From contig JBEKHC010000002.1 of NCBI GenBank assembly GCA_050012475.1, positions 32,001 to 96,000 on the forward strand: a DNA stretch of 64,000 nt. Reading direction: 5' to 3'. The notes beneath the pieces are model-generated. The model made no database searches and had not been told where the DNA came from. It worked only from the letters and a program-made list of their open reading frames with translations. This DNA is from Candidatus Velthaea sp. (GTDB lineage Bacteria > Vulcanimicrobiota > Vulcanimicrobiia > Vulcanimicrobiales > Vulcanimicrobiaceae). The translations under genes and the position numbers were made by a program. Below, piece after piece: positions 63,520 to 64,000 of the stretch. Position 1 is the first letter of the stretch; each line of letters starts with the position of its first letter.

Positions 63520-64000
63520 ATGCAAACAAACGAACGATCGACCTCGACCTCGACGACGTCCCAACTGCCCGAGGCGCAAACGCAGCGCCGAATCGTGCTT
63601 GCGAATCCGCGCGGCTTTTGCGCCGGCGTCGAGCGTGCGATCGACACGGTCGACGAGTTGCTGGATATTTACGGCGCACCGATTTACGTGCGCAAGGAGA
63701 TCGTCCACAACCGCGACGTCGTCGACGGGTTTCGGGCCAAAGGCGTGGTGTTCGTCGAGGAAGTCGCAGAGGCGCCGGACGGTTCCGTGCTGGTGTTCAG
63801 CGCGCACGGGATCTCGCCCGAGGTGCGGCGCGAGGCCCGCGAGCGGCGGCTCACCGTCGTCGATGCCACCTGCCCGCTCGTTACGAAGGTGCATCTCGAA
63901 GCGCTGCGGTACGCCGCCGACGGGTGCTTCTTACTGCTGGTCGGACACGCCAATCACGACGAGATCGTCGGCACGCTCGGGCACGTTCCCGGCGGCATCG
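63520..64000 (+). CDS. ispH: 4-hydroxy-3-methylbut-2-enyl diphosphate reductase (runs off window end)
   Basis: Manual translation: [17 protein letters not shown]...EIVHN...FSAHG...[11 protein letters not shown]...[10 protein letters not shown]. Confidence 0.95.
   Translation, partial: MQTNERSTSTSTTSQLPEAQTQRRIVLANPRGFCAGVERAIDTVDELLDIYGAPIYVRKEIVHNRDVVDGFRAKGVVFVEEVAEAPDGSVLVFSAHGISPEVRREARERRLTVVDATCPLVTKVHLEALRYAADGCFLLLVGHANHDEIVGTLGHVPGGI

Overview
High-GC bacterial chromosomal window from a diderm. The gene style (TonB-dependent receptor with a carboxypeptidase-regulatory-like N-domain, copper-amine-oxidase N-domain and DUF11 proteins, an archaemetzincin next to acpS) suggests Ca. Eremiobacterota/Vulcanimicrobiota; this is inference only. 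A housekeeping core (ligA, cystathionine gamma-synthase/lyase, nnr, acpS, fabH, birA, ndk, eno, ispH, tRNA-Ile2(CAT), tRNA-Glu(TTC)) is interleaved with accessory regions. The most interesting locus is an operon at 7238-13379: a secreted Cys-free 93-aa precursor-like peptide, then SdpA-like (DUF5819) and SdpB-like (HTTM) membrane proteins, a TonB-dependent-receptor-like protein with a duplicated Cys-containing C-terminal extension, a DCC thiol-disulfide oxidoreductase and a small secreted protein. It looks like an Sdp-type peptide maturation/export system adapted to an outer membrane. Also present: a nitrite reductase with reversed domain order inside a nitrate-assimilation cluster decaying by internal deletions, an APC-permease-GGDEF-EAL fusion, a membrane-anchored Aer2-like chemoreceptor, two STAND-type regulators, an IS21 remnant, a mazEF-type TA pair, REP/ERIC-like palindromes and a possible 6S-like RNA. 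No CRISPR array or rRNA was seen. All family assignments come from motif recognition by eye, not database searches.
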